Shown: in pieces, positions 1 through 9,790 of the stretch
Position numbering within the stretch: the first letter of the stretch is position 1
Layout of the letters: every line of letters begins with the position of its first letter
From: a virus
Strand: one strand, 5' to 3'
Virus record (IMG/VR): IMGVR_UViG_3300045988_114939
Location: 1-43,074 of that record
Length of the DNA: 43,074 nucleotides
Position numbers and translations under genes: made by a program
The notes under the pieces: generated by a model
Seen by the model: only the letters and a program-made list of their open reading frames with translations
Databases searched by the model: none
What the model was told of the DNA's origin: nothing

Positions 1-55
1 CAATATTCTATCAATAAAATATACCTCAACGGCATGACACGCGCGGAGCGTGAAC
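1..55. repeat. 55-bp terminal direct repeat, identical to 43020..43074 (circular-assembly overlap or terminal redundancy)
   Basis: Compared base by base: CAATATTCTATCAATAAAATATACCTCAACGGCATGACACGCGCGGAGCGTGAAC occurs at both ends of the window. Confidence 0.95.
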
Positions 56-3000
56 AGACCGAGGAGGGGCGCAAACTTGTAAAGCAAACGGCCGAGATTT
101 ACGAGGAAATGAAACGCTTACAGGAAGTGACAGGCAAACACCAGCTTAATGTTGGCAATTATGGCGATTTCGGCAAGCAATTCGAGAGCATAAGCGGCGG
201 TGTTTCGGGGTATCAGGAAAAAATTAAATCCGCCCTAGGGCTGAACAATAAGTTTGGCGAAAGCCTTATCGAGGTGGGAAAGAGCGGCGGCGGCGTTAAG
301 ACCGCATTAGCCGCCATTGGTGACGGCGTTAAGGCGTTGGGGGCATCATTATTAACGTTGATGGCCAACCCCGTTTTTTTAGGTATTGCAGGAATAGCGG
401 CAGCCGGCGCGGCCTTTAAGTGGTGGTACGACTATAACGCAGGCTTAGTAGAGGCCACTCGACTAACTAAGGAGTTCACGGGGCTAAGCGGCAAGGAACT
501 AATTAGCGTGCGCAATGAGATACAGGCATGTGCGGATGTTATGGGACACGATTATAAAGATACCCTAGCATCTGTTGACGTGCTTATGTCTAATTTCGGT
601 CTTAATGCAAAGCAAGCCCTAAAAGTTATTGAGGATGGTTATGCCAGTGGCGCGGACTTGTCGGGGGATATGCTCGACAAGATACAGAACTATTCGGCCA
701 CATTTCACGATGCGGGCATAAGTGCTAGCCAAATGGTGGCTATCTTATCGCAAACGCGCAGCGGCATTTTTAGTGATAAGGGCTTAGAGGTTATCACAAT
801 GGCGTCTAAGAAAATCCGTGAAATGAGTACGGCCACGCAGAGCGCAATGAAAGATATTGGCGTGGATGTCAACCAAGTTCAAAAAGACCTAGCCACAGGC
901 GCACGCAATACGTTTGACGTTATACAGGAGGTTAGCACCAAGATGAAGAATTTTGGTGCTAACAGCGCGCAGGTAGGCGCAGTTCTAAAAAACGTATTCG
1001 GAAAGAACGGCGCGGATGCAGGCATAAAGTTAATTGAGCAGTTGGACACGATGACAACCAGTATAGACAAGGCCAAGGAGCAAACAGGCGAGTGGGGCAA
1101 AGCGCAAGAAGAGCAGATAAAGGCCACATCCGAACTTAACGATGCTATGAGCGCATTATTTGACGTTACGGACAAAGGATTTGAGGGCGTTGTCGACCAA
1201 GCCAAGCTAATTGCTACCAAGTGGTTAACGGCTATCGTTAAGGGCTGCATAGACCTTGTAAATTGGATTATCAACATATACAATAAAAGCCTAGCCGTTA
1301 GGTTGGCCGTGGCTAATGTTGTGGCGCAGTTCAAAATATTGTTTGAAGTCGGCCGATTGCTGAATAACCTTGTAATAGATATGTTTAAAGGGTTTGGCCG
1401 TCTGCTTGATGCGTTTGTTACGAGCGTTCAAAGCGCATTCAAGGCCGTAATGGGTGTGCTTGCAGGTTTCGGCGAAACAATGGAGGGTATTGTCAACTTC
1501 GATTTTGACAAGATAAAAAAAGGCGTGGATGGTATTCGTAATAGCATTACGAATGGCTTTAAGAATAGTCTTCTTAGCTTTGGAAAGGCCGTCAAACAAA
1601 CTTCTGATGAAGTCAATAATGATGTTATAAGCGCAGGCAAGAATATTGGTAAGGCATTTATTGATGGTTTCAACTCTGCCACGAGCGGCAATAAATTGAA
1701 TAACATTGCGCTACCACAATCGACAGCCACGAATGTAGAGCCAGAGAAAACAAAGACCATTACAGACTATACGCCGACAGGTAGCAATAAAAAGAAAGTG
1801 GACAAATCCGCCGAAAAGGCGGCCGCGGCGGCCGAAAGGGCGTATCAAGAAACGCTAGCCGCCAAACGTAAAGCGGAGGATGCAGAGTTAGACCTATTGG
1901 AAGAGGGCTATGACAAGCAGCGCAAGCGCACCGAATATTACTACACTCGACAAGTAGAGGACTTGCAGCACTCGTTAACGCTATTGAAGTCTACCGAGGT
2001 GCAGCGGCGCACGGATATTGCCAACACGATTGCGGCTTTGCAAGAAAAGCAAAACCAAGTGTTAAAGGATATGGAGGAAAAGCACGAAACGGATATGTTG
2101 AAAGTGCAGGCCGATGCCATTAAACTCCGCTTAGATGCCGTGAAGAAAGGCAGTGAGCAAGAACAGCAATTGAAGTTAGAGTTAATCGAGAATGAGCGGC
2201 AACAGGCACTAAAAGAAAATGCGGCCAAGCCGACAGACCAAAGACAAGATACTGGCGATATTAATGCGAAATTCGATGCAAAGCGCGGAGGTGTGGCCGA
2301 TGAGTATATAAAGGCGCAATTAGCAATATTTGACCAACAACAAGCACTAGCAGATAGTGAATTTGAACTACTCAAAAATTCAGAGGAGCGCAAAACGCAA
2401 TTTCGCTTACAGGCTGAAAAAGCGCGTTTGCAAAAGATTTTAGAGTTGAACAAAATTGCGGGTACTCAATTGTCAGATATTGAGATAGCCACCATTAATA
2501 ACACAATTGAGAAGATAAACCAAGAGATAGGCGAGAGTAAGAGCAAGGAGCAAAGTGGCTCTATTTATGGCATGTTAGGGCTTAATTTGTCAGACGAACA
2601 AAAAGAAGCTATCGACACATCGCTAAACTATGCGTTGGATGCCCTTAACACATGGATAGCCGCAGAGGTGGCCGCCGCTGATGCAGAGGTAAAGCGCGCA
2701 GACAACAGGGTGAACAATGCCCAAAAGGTGTTAGATACCGAGCGCGAGGCACGTGCCAACGGATATGCCTCTAATGTGGAATATGCACAAAAAGAGTTAG
2801 ATTTGGCGAAACGAAACCAAGAAAAGGCAATTAAAGAACAGCAGAAAGCCCAAAAGGCACAAGCAGCTATTCAAGCATTACAACAGATAGGAAACTTAGT
2901 AACAGCCACGTCAACAATATGGTCGCAATTAGGCTTTCCTTGGGCTATTCCAGCAATAGCCGTTATGTGGGGTTCGTTCGCTTTCGCCAAAATAAAGGCA

Positions 3001-3423
3001 ATGCAAATGACACGTTCACAATCAGAGAGTTACGGCGAGGGTACTGTCGAGTTGTTGGAGGGCGGCTCACATCAGAGTGGAAACGATGTTGATTTAGGCA
3101 CAAAAAAGGATGGAACGAAACGCAGAGCGGAGGGCGGCGAGTTTTTCGCAGTTATTAACAAACGCAATTCCAAACGTTATCGCAGGCTTATTCCTGATGT
3201 GATTAAATCGCTTAACAACGGCACGTTTGAGGAGAACTTTTCAAACGCATTCGCAGGCCGAGGGGTTGAAATAACGATGAAACAGAGCGAGCCGAATTTA
3301 AGCGAACTAAGCGACAACGTTCGGGGCATCCGTGAGCAGAACGAACGCAGGATTTACAACAATACGGACGGCTCAACCATTATTCAGTACAAGAATTTGA
3401 CACGTAAAATTATAAGAAAATGA
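1..3423 (+). CDS. Tape measure protein, main part. The frame is open from position 1 and continues from 42570..43019 across the circular junction, giving about 1290 aa in total.
   Basis: Very long ORF. Hydrophobic segments near the N-terminus (LLTLMANPVFLGIAGIAAAGAAF) and near the C-terminus (FPWAIPAIAVMWGSFAFA). Long Ala/Glu/Lys/Gln coiled-coil middle. Lies upstream of the tail-tip genes. Codon phase at position 1 matches the ORF running off the window end. Confidence 0.85.
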   Translation, partial: QYSINKIYLNGMTRAEREQTEEGRKLVKQTAEIYEEMKRLQEVTGKHQLNVGNYGDFGKQFESISGGVSGYQEKIKSALGLNNKFGESLIEVGKSGGGVKTALAAIGDGVKALGASLLTLMANPVFLGIAGIAAAGAAFKWWYDYNAGLVEATRLTKEFTGLSGKELISVRNEIQACADVMGHDYKDTLASVDVLMSNFGLNAKQALKVIEDGYASGADLSGDMLDKIQNYSATFHDAGISASQMVAILSQTRSGIFSDKGLEVITMASKKIREMSTATQSAMKDIGVDVNQVQKDLATGARNTFDVIQEVSTKMKNFGANSAQVGAVLKNVFGKNGADAGIKLIEQLDTMTTSIDKAKEQTGEWGKAQEEQIKATSELNDAMSALFDVTDKGFEGVVDQAKLIATKWLTAIVKGCIDLVNWIINIYNKSLAVRLAVANVVAQFKILFEVGRLLNNLVIDMFKGFGRLLDAFVTSVQSAFKAVMGVLAGFGETMEGIVNFDFDKIKKGVDGIRNSITNGFKNSLLSFGKAVKQTSDEVNNDVISAGKNIGKAFIDGFNSATSGNKLNNIALPQSTATNVEPEKTKTITDYTPTGSNKKKVDKSAEKAAAAAERAYQETLAAKRKAEDAELDLLEEGYDKQRKRTEYYYTRQVEDLQHSLTLLKSTEVQRRTDIANTIAALQEKQNQVLKDMEEKHETDMLKVQADAIKLRLDAVKKGSEQEQQLKLELIENERQQALKENAAKPTDQRQDTGDINAKFDAKRGGVADEYIKAQLAIFDQQQALADSEFELLKNSEERKTQFRLQAEKARLQKILELNKIAGTQLSDIEIATINNTIEKINQEIGESKSKEQSGSIYGMLGLNLSDEQKEAIDTSLNYALDALNTWIAAEVAAADAEVKRADNRVNNAQKVLDTEREARANGYASNVEYAQKELDLAKRNQEKAIKEQQKAQKAQAAIQALQQIGNLVTATSTIWSQLGFPWAIPAIAVMWGSFAFAKIKAMQMTRSQSESYGEGTVELLEGGSHQSGNDVDLGTKKDGTKRRAEGGEFFAVINKRNSKRYRRLIPDVIKSLNNGTFEENFSNAFAGRGVEITMKQSEPNLSELSDNVRGIREQNERRIYNNTDGSTIIQYKNLTRKIIRK

Positions 3424-5939
3424 TAAATCCAATATATAAGTTTTATCTACGATTGGGGACGGACGCAGTTGAACACGCGACCGCCCCAATTTATAAGGAC
3501 GATTTGAGCATAGATTTCGAGCAAGAAAGCGGACAAAAGTTTTTTCGCAAAAAACTGAATGGCAAACTTACGTTCTTGCGAAAAGATTACGAATTGATAA
3601 TGAATGCGCCATTTGATACAATCTACAACATCGTTATTAAGAAGTCTAACGATTTTGGCAAAACATGGACTAATTATTGGAATGGCAAGTTTATGCGCAC
3701 CGATTGTGTTATAGATGAGTTCGATAAGGTGTTAAGCGTTCAACCCAGTATCATAGACGAGTACACAGACGTATTGGCAGGCTTAGAAAAAGAGTACAAT
3801 CTTATTGAACTTGCCCCACACACTGAACACTTGTTATTAACAAAAAGGCCATTAATCCAAGTCTACAAGAAAGGCGATAAGTACGTTTCTTGTTTCCTTT
3901 CGGGGTCAAATTGGCAGCAGGAAGTAAAGCAGCGTGTGGACAATATCAACGAACTGATAAGGAAGTACAATTTTGCGAAAACTTACGAGAAAATAACGGC
4001 GGCCGTTTTTGGCGTGGGCTATGGGCAAGACACGTCAGAGTATCACGGCACTTATAATCTTACAGACACGCAGAATAACGGCAATAACACAACACACAAG
4101 TTAGTGAGGGTTGACGATGCAACATACACCATAGAGTTAAGCATAAACAGAGCGACAAATTTTAGCTACATCCGCGTTTTAAAAAATGGCGAAGTTAAAT
4201 TTGAGCAACTCATATACTCTAATGTTGAGAATGATGGTGTACATAATGTTGGTAATAAGCCAAAGCCCGACCAATTTGTAACACATTCCGTTAAGGTCGA
4301 GATAAAGAACGTAAGTGTTTTTTCAAGGCTTTTGTTGGACAAAACAAAAATTCTAGATAAAGACACTTACCAAATTGCCGATGATGATTTAGTGGAGAAT
4401 AATCGTAACTATCGTTACGCAATTGGCTACAATATGGGCAATATCGTTACCACGTCAAGGGGGAGCAAAGAGCCGACAGAGTACGGAAAGCGAGAAGATG
4501 GCCTATACTACATGCCGCCATATTATAGCGAAAAGTACTATCCAATTGGTAAAGATACGTGGGATATGCTTTCTTTTTGGTTCAAGTTCAAGTTTGAGGA
4601 CAATCTTGCAGAGGAAGACGGCCGCGCGGATATTGAGTTAAAGGACGCCTATGAGTTGGGCAGTTGCATTGACGTTTTATTGCAAAAAGTTAGTGACGTG
4701 CGATTTGTGAGTGACGAAACATGCTCAAAGTTTCTTTATGGCGAGGTAAATCCGATTACAAGACAAGAACAAAGGTTGTTTATTACGCCAAAAAGTAACG
4801 TAATTGTAAGCGAATACCAAGACCCAGCGCAAAAAGCATTGTGTACATTACAAATGCTATTCAATATGCTGCGTGACACTTGTCGGTGCTATTGGTTTAT
4901 TGAAGATAAAAAACTACACATTGAACACATTAGCTATTTCAATAATGGCGGAACTTACAACGGACAAGCACAGATAGGTTACGACTTAACGCAGTTGAAA
5001 AACGCGCGCAATGGTAAGCCGTGGAGTTTCGCACGTGGCGAATATTCATTTGACAAATTCGATATGGCCGAACGCTATCAATTTAAGTGGATGGATGATT
5101 GCACCGAGCCTTTTGATGGTTTCCCAATCGAAATAAAAAGCAATTACGTTCAAAAGGGTAAGATTGAAGAGGTTAATGTTGGTAATTTTTCGAGCGATGT
5201 GGACTTAATCATGTTAAACCCAAAGAACATAAGCAAGGACGGATTTGTCGTAATGGCAGCCGTACAGGCGACCGCCACGAAAAGCGACTATAACGGCTAT
5301 TTCTTGCAGTATCAGAATAAGAAAGACGGGCGTGCAGATAAGAAATATCATATCAAAAAAGGCATTAGGGGGCATCGCATTAAACTGAAAATGTATGTAA
5401 AAAAACATGTGGAGAACGGAGTCGAGCAAGCTGGTCTTTGGTTGTCCCCTGTGTATTGTCGCGGTGATGATTATGAGGGTACATTAATTCGCTTATTTGC
5501 ATCTAATGAATTGCAAGAAGTGTTAATTGACGTGCCAAAAGATGTAGATAGCATTATGTTCCATTGTTATGGGTGGATGTCCTTTGCCGTGGTCGATGCA
5601 AAAGTAGTCGATGGATTGCGCGAATTGCCTTTTTACGCGAAACAAATTGATAATGTTAAATATGCCTTGCAAAACGGCTATATGTCGTTTGTTTACTTGC
5701 AAGAAAAATTTTACAGATACGATTTACCTGCAAGGTTAATAATTATGAATAAAGAATACACGCACGCGATTAAAGTCGACAGGAAAAAGAAACAAACAAT
5801 CAGTTTCCCAACTGGACTTTACGACCCAAACCCGCAGAAATTGGTAAAAACGTTACTAGGCAATGGGCAATTTGAAAAAATATCCGTAAATTTGTGTAGC
5901 AGGACGATTAAGGCAACTCTGAAATATGATACAGAATAA
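3420..5939 (+). CDS. Tail-tip / baseplate structural protein (called by position, immediately after the tape measure)
   Basis: 839-aa ORF with an ATGA overlap onto the tape-measure stop. No motif recognised. Confidence 0.5.
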   Translation: MINPIYKFYLRLGTDAVEHATAPIYKDDLSIDFEQESGQKFFRKKLNGKLTFLRKDYELIMNAPFDTIYNIVIKKSNDFGKTWTNYWNGKFMRTDCVIDEFDKVLSVQPSIIDEYTDVLAGLEKEYNLIELAPHTEHLLLTKRPLIQVYKKGDKYVSCFLSGSNWQQEVKQRVDNINELIRKYNFAKTYEKITAAVFGVGYGQDTSEYHGTYNLTDTQNNGNNTTHKLVRVDDATYTIELSINRATNFSYIRVLKNGEVKFEQLIYSNVENDGVHNVGNKPKPDQFVTHSVKVEIKNVSVFSRLLLDKTKILDKDTYQIADDDLVENNRNYRYAIGYNMGNIVTTSRGSKEPTEYGKREDGLYYMPPYYSEKYYPIGKDTWDMLSFWFKFKFEDNLAEEDGRADIELKDAYELGSCIDVLLQKVSDVRFVSDETCSKFLYGEVNPITRQEQRLFITPKSNVIVSEYQDPAQKALCTLQMLFNMLRDTCRCYWFIEDKKLHIEHISYFNNGGTYNGQAQIGYDLTQLKNARNGKPWSFARGEYSFDKFDMAERYQFKWMDDCTEPFDGFPIEIKSNYVQKGKIEEVNVGNFSSDVDLIMLNPKNISKDGFVVMAAVQATATKSDYNGYFLQYQNKKDGRADKKYHIKKGIRGHRIKLKMYVKKHVENGVEQAGLWLSPVYCRGDDYEGTLIRLFASNELQEVLIDVPKDVDSIMFHCYGWMSFAVVDAKVVDGLRELPFYAKQIDNVKYALQNGYMSFVYLQEKFYRYDLPARLIIMNKEYTHAIKVDRKKKQTISFPTGLYDPNPQKLVKTLLGNGQFEKISVNLCSRTIKATLKYDTE

Positions 5940-7068
5940 TAATTTTACACCACTCGCTTTCCAAAAAGAAGAAGAGTGGTTGAACCATAACAAAAGCTAT
6001 GCGTTTGGGGCAATATACAATTTGTTCAGCCCTAACAGCATGCTTTTGCCCTTTCAAATCGTAAGGCCACATCGAAACGACAATATAGGAAGTGTAGAAT
6101 TATACACGCGCGATGGCGAGTTAGTAAGCGATATAACCAATGATATTATTTCTTTGGGTCTAGTTGTTAAGCCTTTCGAGTTGTATGGATATGACGTAAT
6201 AGTATATCCAGCGTATCTGCCTTTGAACATCAACGTACCCCTAGGAATATTTTACATTAAAATATCCGATGGTGTGGACACGTGGTGTAGCGAAATGCTT
6301 ACAAACGTGTCTTCTGTGGATGGCTATGTAAAGGTCGAATGGTGGGATAACGAGGATTTCTTATTGGAGGATGGCCGCATAGTTTATTCAGGGCTAAAAT
6401 ATCACAATGTGGTTTATCTTAATTCAAAGATTGGTAAGCCTGAATATAAGTTTGTCGAAGAGGGTGAAACGCGCGATGGCTACTTTTTCCCCGAAAAGCA
6501 ACTATCTGAAAAAGTGTACAAATTCACTTTCATTGCGCCCGAATATCTGTGCGATGCCATGCGTTTCATTAGAATGGCCGATAACGTGCTAATCACTGAT
6601 GAAGTAGGCCGTGAATACGATTGCGATACGTTCTTAATGTCGACCAAATGGCAGACACAAGGAGATTTGGCAAGTGTTGAGGTTGAATTTGAAACGGCCA
6701 CGATTGCAAAAAAAATAGGTAGTTTCCAAACCGTTTTGAAAGGTGGTGATTTTAATGGCGATTTCAACAACGATTTCAGCACGGATAACGGCGTTAGCAT
6801 GGCAAATGTTATATTGGAATTTAGCGTGTACAAGAATGATTTTGCAAGAATTTCCGCAGATACTTCGTTAGTGTACGATGTCAAGGTAACGGCCGATGTT
6901 TACTTAATAAATGGTGAAGTAGTGCCGATTGTCGGAGTTATACCAGCGGGGCAGAGCGTGGCACTGGTGACAAACGACAAGTTAGAAACTATCAATTATT
7001 TCGACAACATGCAGGTCGAGAAGTTGAATAATGTAGACAATACGAATTACATTATAAAACAAAAATAA
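5926..7068 (+). CDS. Tail-tip / baseplate structural protein (by position)
   Basis: 380-aa ORF overlapping the previous gene by 14 nt. Contains a short GDFNGDFNNDF repeat. Function unknown. Confidence 0.45.
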   Translation: MIQNNNFTPLAFQKEEEWLNHNKSYAFGAIYNLFSPNSMLLPFQIVRPHRNDNIGSVELYTRDGELVSDITNDIISLGLVVKPFELYGYDVIVYPAYLPLNINVPLGIFYIKISDGVDTWCSEMLTNVSSVDGYVKVEWWDNEDFLLEDGRIVYSGLKYHNVVYLNSKIGKPEYKFVEEGETRDGYFFPEKQLSEKVYKFTFIAPEYLCDAMRFIRMADNVLITDEVGREYDCDTFLMSTKWQTQGDLASVEVEFETATIAKKIGSFQTVLKGGDFNGDFNNDFSTDNGVSMANVILEFSVYKNDFARISADTSLVYDVKVTADVYLINGEVVPIVGVIPAGQSVALVTNDKLETINYFDNMQVEKLNNVDNTNYIIKQK

Positions 7069-7074
7069 GAAGAT

Positions 7075-8574
7075 ATGAATAAGTACGATGTTTTAAAGAA
7101 TGCCATTAAGAATGTTATCAAGAATAACGGACGGCAGGAAATAACGGGAGATATATTACAAAACATCCTAGTGAGATTTGTTGACACATTCGGCAGTGAC
7201 TACAATATTAAAGGTTTGGCCGATGCTAACCAAATGCCCGACACCTCGGCAAAGTGCATTTATTTCGCAACCGAAAGCGGAAGTTACCGCAATTATGGTG
7301 GGTTAGAATTGCATAAGGGTGAGGTGGCCATGTTAGTCTTTGATGGCGGCGGATGGAACAAAGTATTGCTAGTAGACACAAGCGGCTTTGTTTCCTCTGA
7401 ATACGTTTCAGAAATTAACGTGAGCGCACTTAACGCCGATAGTTCCTTTGAGTTGGCCGCCGCAATTGCGAAAGTGCCGCCAACTTACAGAAAGGGCGGT
7501 TTGACGATAAAATTTATTGAAAAATCGTCTAACGAATATGTGATGTATTACAATAAAAATGGTAGTTGGAGTGCTGATGTTAATGATTGGGTAAATCTCC
7601 AATCTACGAAAAAAACTACAATGACAATCGAGGAGCTTAAAACGTTTCCCTCGTCTGTGGAAGAAGCTGTTAAGTTCTTGAAGAACAACAAAGATGCAAG
7701 TATTGTTGTACTAAGCAAATACGGCCGCGCTGTTGGAACATTAAGCATATACGGCAATTTAAGCAGTTTTACTTTTATTGAAGTCTTTGAAACACAACTA
7801 AAAGTAAAGGGTGGCTACAATAGTAGTGAAATTAATGGTAGTCCGCGCAGGTATTGGCGATATTATGGCTTAGATAACTATGGAGGTGGTGTAGTTAATC
7901 GTGGCGAGTGGTCTGAATGGTCTGAAATGGTAAGTAAGCCATTTGAAATATTACAATCGCGCTTAGGAAGTGTGGTAGACGTATATAATGGCTCACCCAA
8001 TGGTGGTGTAACTACAATTGATAGGGTATTGCGCCAAATTGGCGACAGCTATGAGTTTAGGAACAAGGTAATGCTTATTAGTCTTGTTAATGAAGTTACG
8101 AACAAACGCACATTATATTATTGTAATGCCGACACTTTTTCAAACAACGAAAGCGATTGGGTGGAAGTTGGTAAGGGCGGCAATTTTGACGAACTCGTAA
8201 ATGATGCAAAAAGGAAGATACAGGAGGCCGTTGACCACGCAAAAACTATCCAAAAAGGAGAAAAAGGCGACAAGGGCGACACTGGTTGGCTAAGACTTGT
8301 CAACCACGGCACAGCCGACACAACATTTGCGCTCACGCCTAATGCAATGCACGTTTGGGGGCAAGTGGCTCAACTAAGATTAACGCTAGGCGCGGCAGTT
8401 CCTAACATTGTTAATGAATACGCTTTTGAGTTCCAATCGCCTGCCACGCCTACTAATTTATCATTGCCCGCTACATTGAAGTGGTACAACAATTATGTTA
8501 CGCCAGTTCGCGCGAACAAACGCTACCAAGCTAGCATCGTCAATAACGTTATTATCATGGGGGAGGTTGAGTAA
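7075..8574 (+). CDS. Tail fibre protein with a short collagen-like motif
   Basis: 499 aa. Has a G-X-Y run, KGEKGDKGDTG. Lies in the tail-tip module, downstream of the tape measure. Confidence 0.6.
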   Translation: MNKYDVLKNAIKNVIKNNGRQEITGDILQNILVRFVDTFGSDYNIKGLADANQMPDTSAKCIYFATESGSYRNYGGLELHKGEVAMLVFDGGGWNKVLLVDTSGFVSSEYVSEINVSALNADSSFELAAAIAKVPPTYRKGGLTIKFIEKSSNEYVMYYNKNGSWSADVNDWVNLQSTKKTTMTIEELKTFPSSVEEAVKFLKNNKDASIVVLSKYGRAVGTLSIYGNLSSFTFIEVFETQLKVKGGYNSSEINGSPRRYWRYYGLDNYGGGVVNRGEWSEWSEMVSKPFEILQSRLGSVVDVYNGSPNGGVTTIDRVLRQIGDSYEFRNKVMLISLVNEVTNKRTLYYCNADTFSNNESDWVEVGKGGNFDELVNDAKRKIQEAVDHAKTIQKGEKGDKGDTGWLRLVNHGTADTTFALTPNAMHVWGQVAQLRLTLGAAVPNIVNEYAFEFQSPATPTNLSLPATLKWYNNYVTPVRANKRYQASIVNNVIIMGEVE

Positions 8575-9101
8575 TGCACAGGCGGATAATGATGATGAGG
8601 AACGACCTCGATATGTTGTGTGTTGATGGTGTTAATTATTCGGTACAGCCCGATAACGAGATATGGTACACCACCACCGATAATAACAAGTCGGATAACG
8701 CGGCCATATTGAATAATTACGGAGGTGACAGGGATATTAAGATATTGGCACATGTATTTGAAGATGGTGTTTGGAAAGTAAAGGCAGACAGGCCAATACA
8801 GAGAATACCCGAAAATTACATAAAATATGCGCCAACAATAGTTTCAATATCATTACCTAAATCGGTATTTCATTGTGGTGCATGGTCAATGGGATTAAAT
8901 CGTACTGCGCAATATTCACCTAACTTGCAAACCATTATATTGGCTAGTGTGATAACGTCTTTTAATAGTGGTTTTGCACCATTTGCTTGCGGAGATTTAA
9001 ATATATATGTTCCACGTGGAAAGAAAGCCGAATTTATCGCAACGAAAATCTTAGAAAAAACTCCAACAAACAAAGTCTTTGAATGGGGTAGGGTTAAATA
9101 A
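8574..9101 (+). CDS. BspA-type leucine-rich-repeat (LRR_5-like) protein
   Basis: TAATG overlap with the fibre gene. Has the NEIWYTTTD opening typical of Bacteroidota BspA-like proteins, then SISLPKSVFHCGAWSM and NLQTIILASVITSFNSGFAPFACGDLNIYVP repeat units. Confidence 0.55.
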   Translation: MHRRIMMMRNDLDMLCVDGVNYSVQPDNEIWYTTTDNNKSDNAAILNNYGGDRDIKILAHVFEDGVWKVKADRPIQRIPENYIKYAPTIVSISLPKSVFHCGAWSMGLNRTAQYSPNLQTIILASVITSFNSGFAPFACGDLNIYVPRGKKAEFIATKILEKTPTNKVFEWGRVK

Positions 9102-9117
9102 AAGAAAGGGTAAAAGT

Positions 9118-9180
9118 ATGATAAGAATGTTATTTGTTTTGCTCCTTAGTCTGTTAACGAATGTAAACGGGGGGGGGTAA
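9118..9180 (+). CDS. 20-codon signal-peptide-like mini-ORF (MIRMLFVLLLSLLTNVNGGG) ending in a G9 tract
   Basis: ATG in an A-rich context and a hydrophobic core. Its stop lies immediately after the homopolymer. A one-G deletion would fuse it in frame to the CDS starting at 9185. Confidence 0.3.
   Translation: MIRMLFVLLLSLLTNVNGGG
9169..9177 (+). repeat. G9 homopolymer tract
   Basis: Counted directly: nine consecutive G, 8 nt upstream of the ATG at 9185. Confidence 0.95.
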
Positions 9181-9184
9181 AAAT

Positions 9185-9787
9185 ATGAGTTTGACAAGGC
9201 TAAGATTTATGCGACAAGCATGGGGAGAACAAGAAATGCACTTTGCAGACCCTCACGCACAGATGGTTTTTAAAGATAGGTTAGAAAATCTATCTATTAA
9301 TAATATACGCTCAATAGAGCGGATGCCGAGCGCGAATAAAACATTAACAGGTGGCTTGTTTATCGGTTCAACGGAACTAAGAAGTTTTGAAGAAATAAAA
9401 TACTTTACAGGCTTGAAGTATATTATAAAGGACTTCTATAATTGCCCAAATCTAGGAGGTACAATTACCATTCCAAGTAGTCTAATTGAAATTAGTGGAG
9501 CATCAATTTACAAAACCGGATTAACAGGAATTGAATTTCTTGCACAAAACTTTAAATGGGGGCATGGTGCAATTTGGGAATGTAAAAACTTGAAGTGGGT
9601 AAAAATGCACTCCATTGAAGTTCCACAGAAGAATGCTCCAAACAACCAGTATTTGTTTGATTTTGCATTAGTAAACAACACGTGGAAATTGTATGTACCG
9701 GACGGAAGTGTTGAGAAATATCGTACAGACCATAATTTCCAAAATCTAGGTGACAGAATTAGGCCAATGAGCGAATTTAAAGAATAA
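9185..9787 (+). CDS. BspA-type leucine-rich-repeat (LRR_5-like) protein, second copy
   Basis: 200 aa. Has ITIPSSLIEISGASIYKTGLTGIEF and AIWECKNLKWVKM repeat units, and the family-typical C-terminus LYVPDGSVEKYRTDHNF. Confidence 0.55.
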   Translation: MSLTRLRFMRQAWGEQEMHFADPHAQMVFKDRLENLSINNIRSIERMPSANKTLTGGLFIGSTELRSFEEIKYFTGLKYIIKDFYNCPNLGGTITIPSSLIEISGASIYKTGLTGIEFLAQNFKWGHGAIWECKNLKWVKMHSIEVPQKNAPNNQYLFDFALVNNTWKLYVPDGSVEKYRTDHNFQNLGDRIRPMSEFKE

Positions 9788-9790
9788 GTT

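Noticed and set aside
879-2453. Several 100-170-aa minus-strand ORFs inside the tape-measure gene, and similar antisense ORFs throughout the window
   Set aside because: All are nested antisense to long, well-supported + strand genes. Their composition is low-complexity and rich in Ser, Cys, Phe and Leu, as expected from reading coiled-coil codons backwards.
8230-8290. Collagen-like repeat as evidence for a long collagen triple helix
   Set aside because: There are only about three G-X-Y triplets (GEKGDKGDTG). This supports a fibre-type protein but does not amount to a genuine collagen domain.
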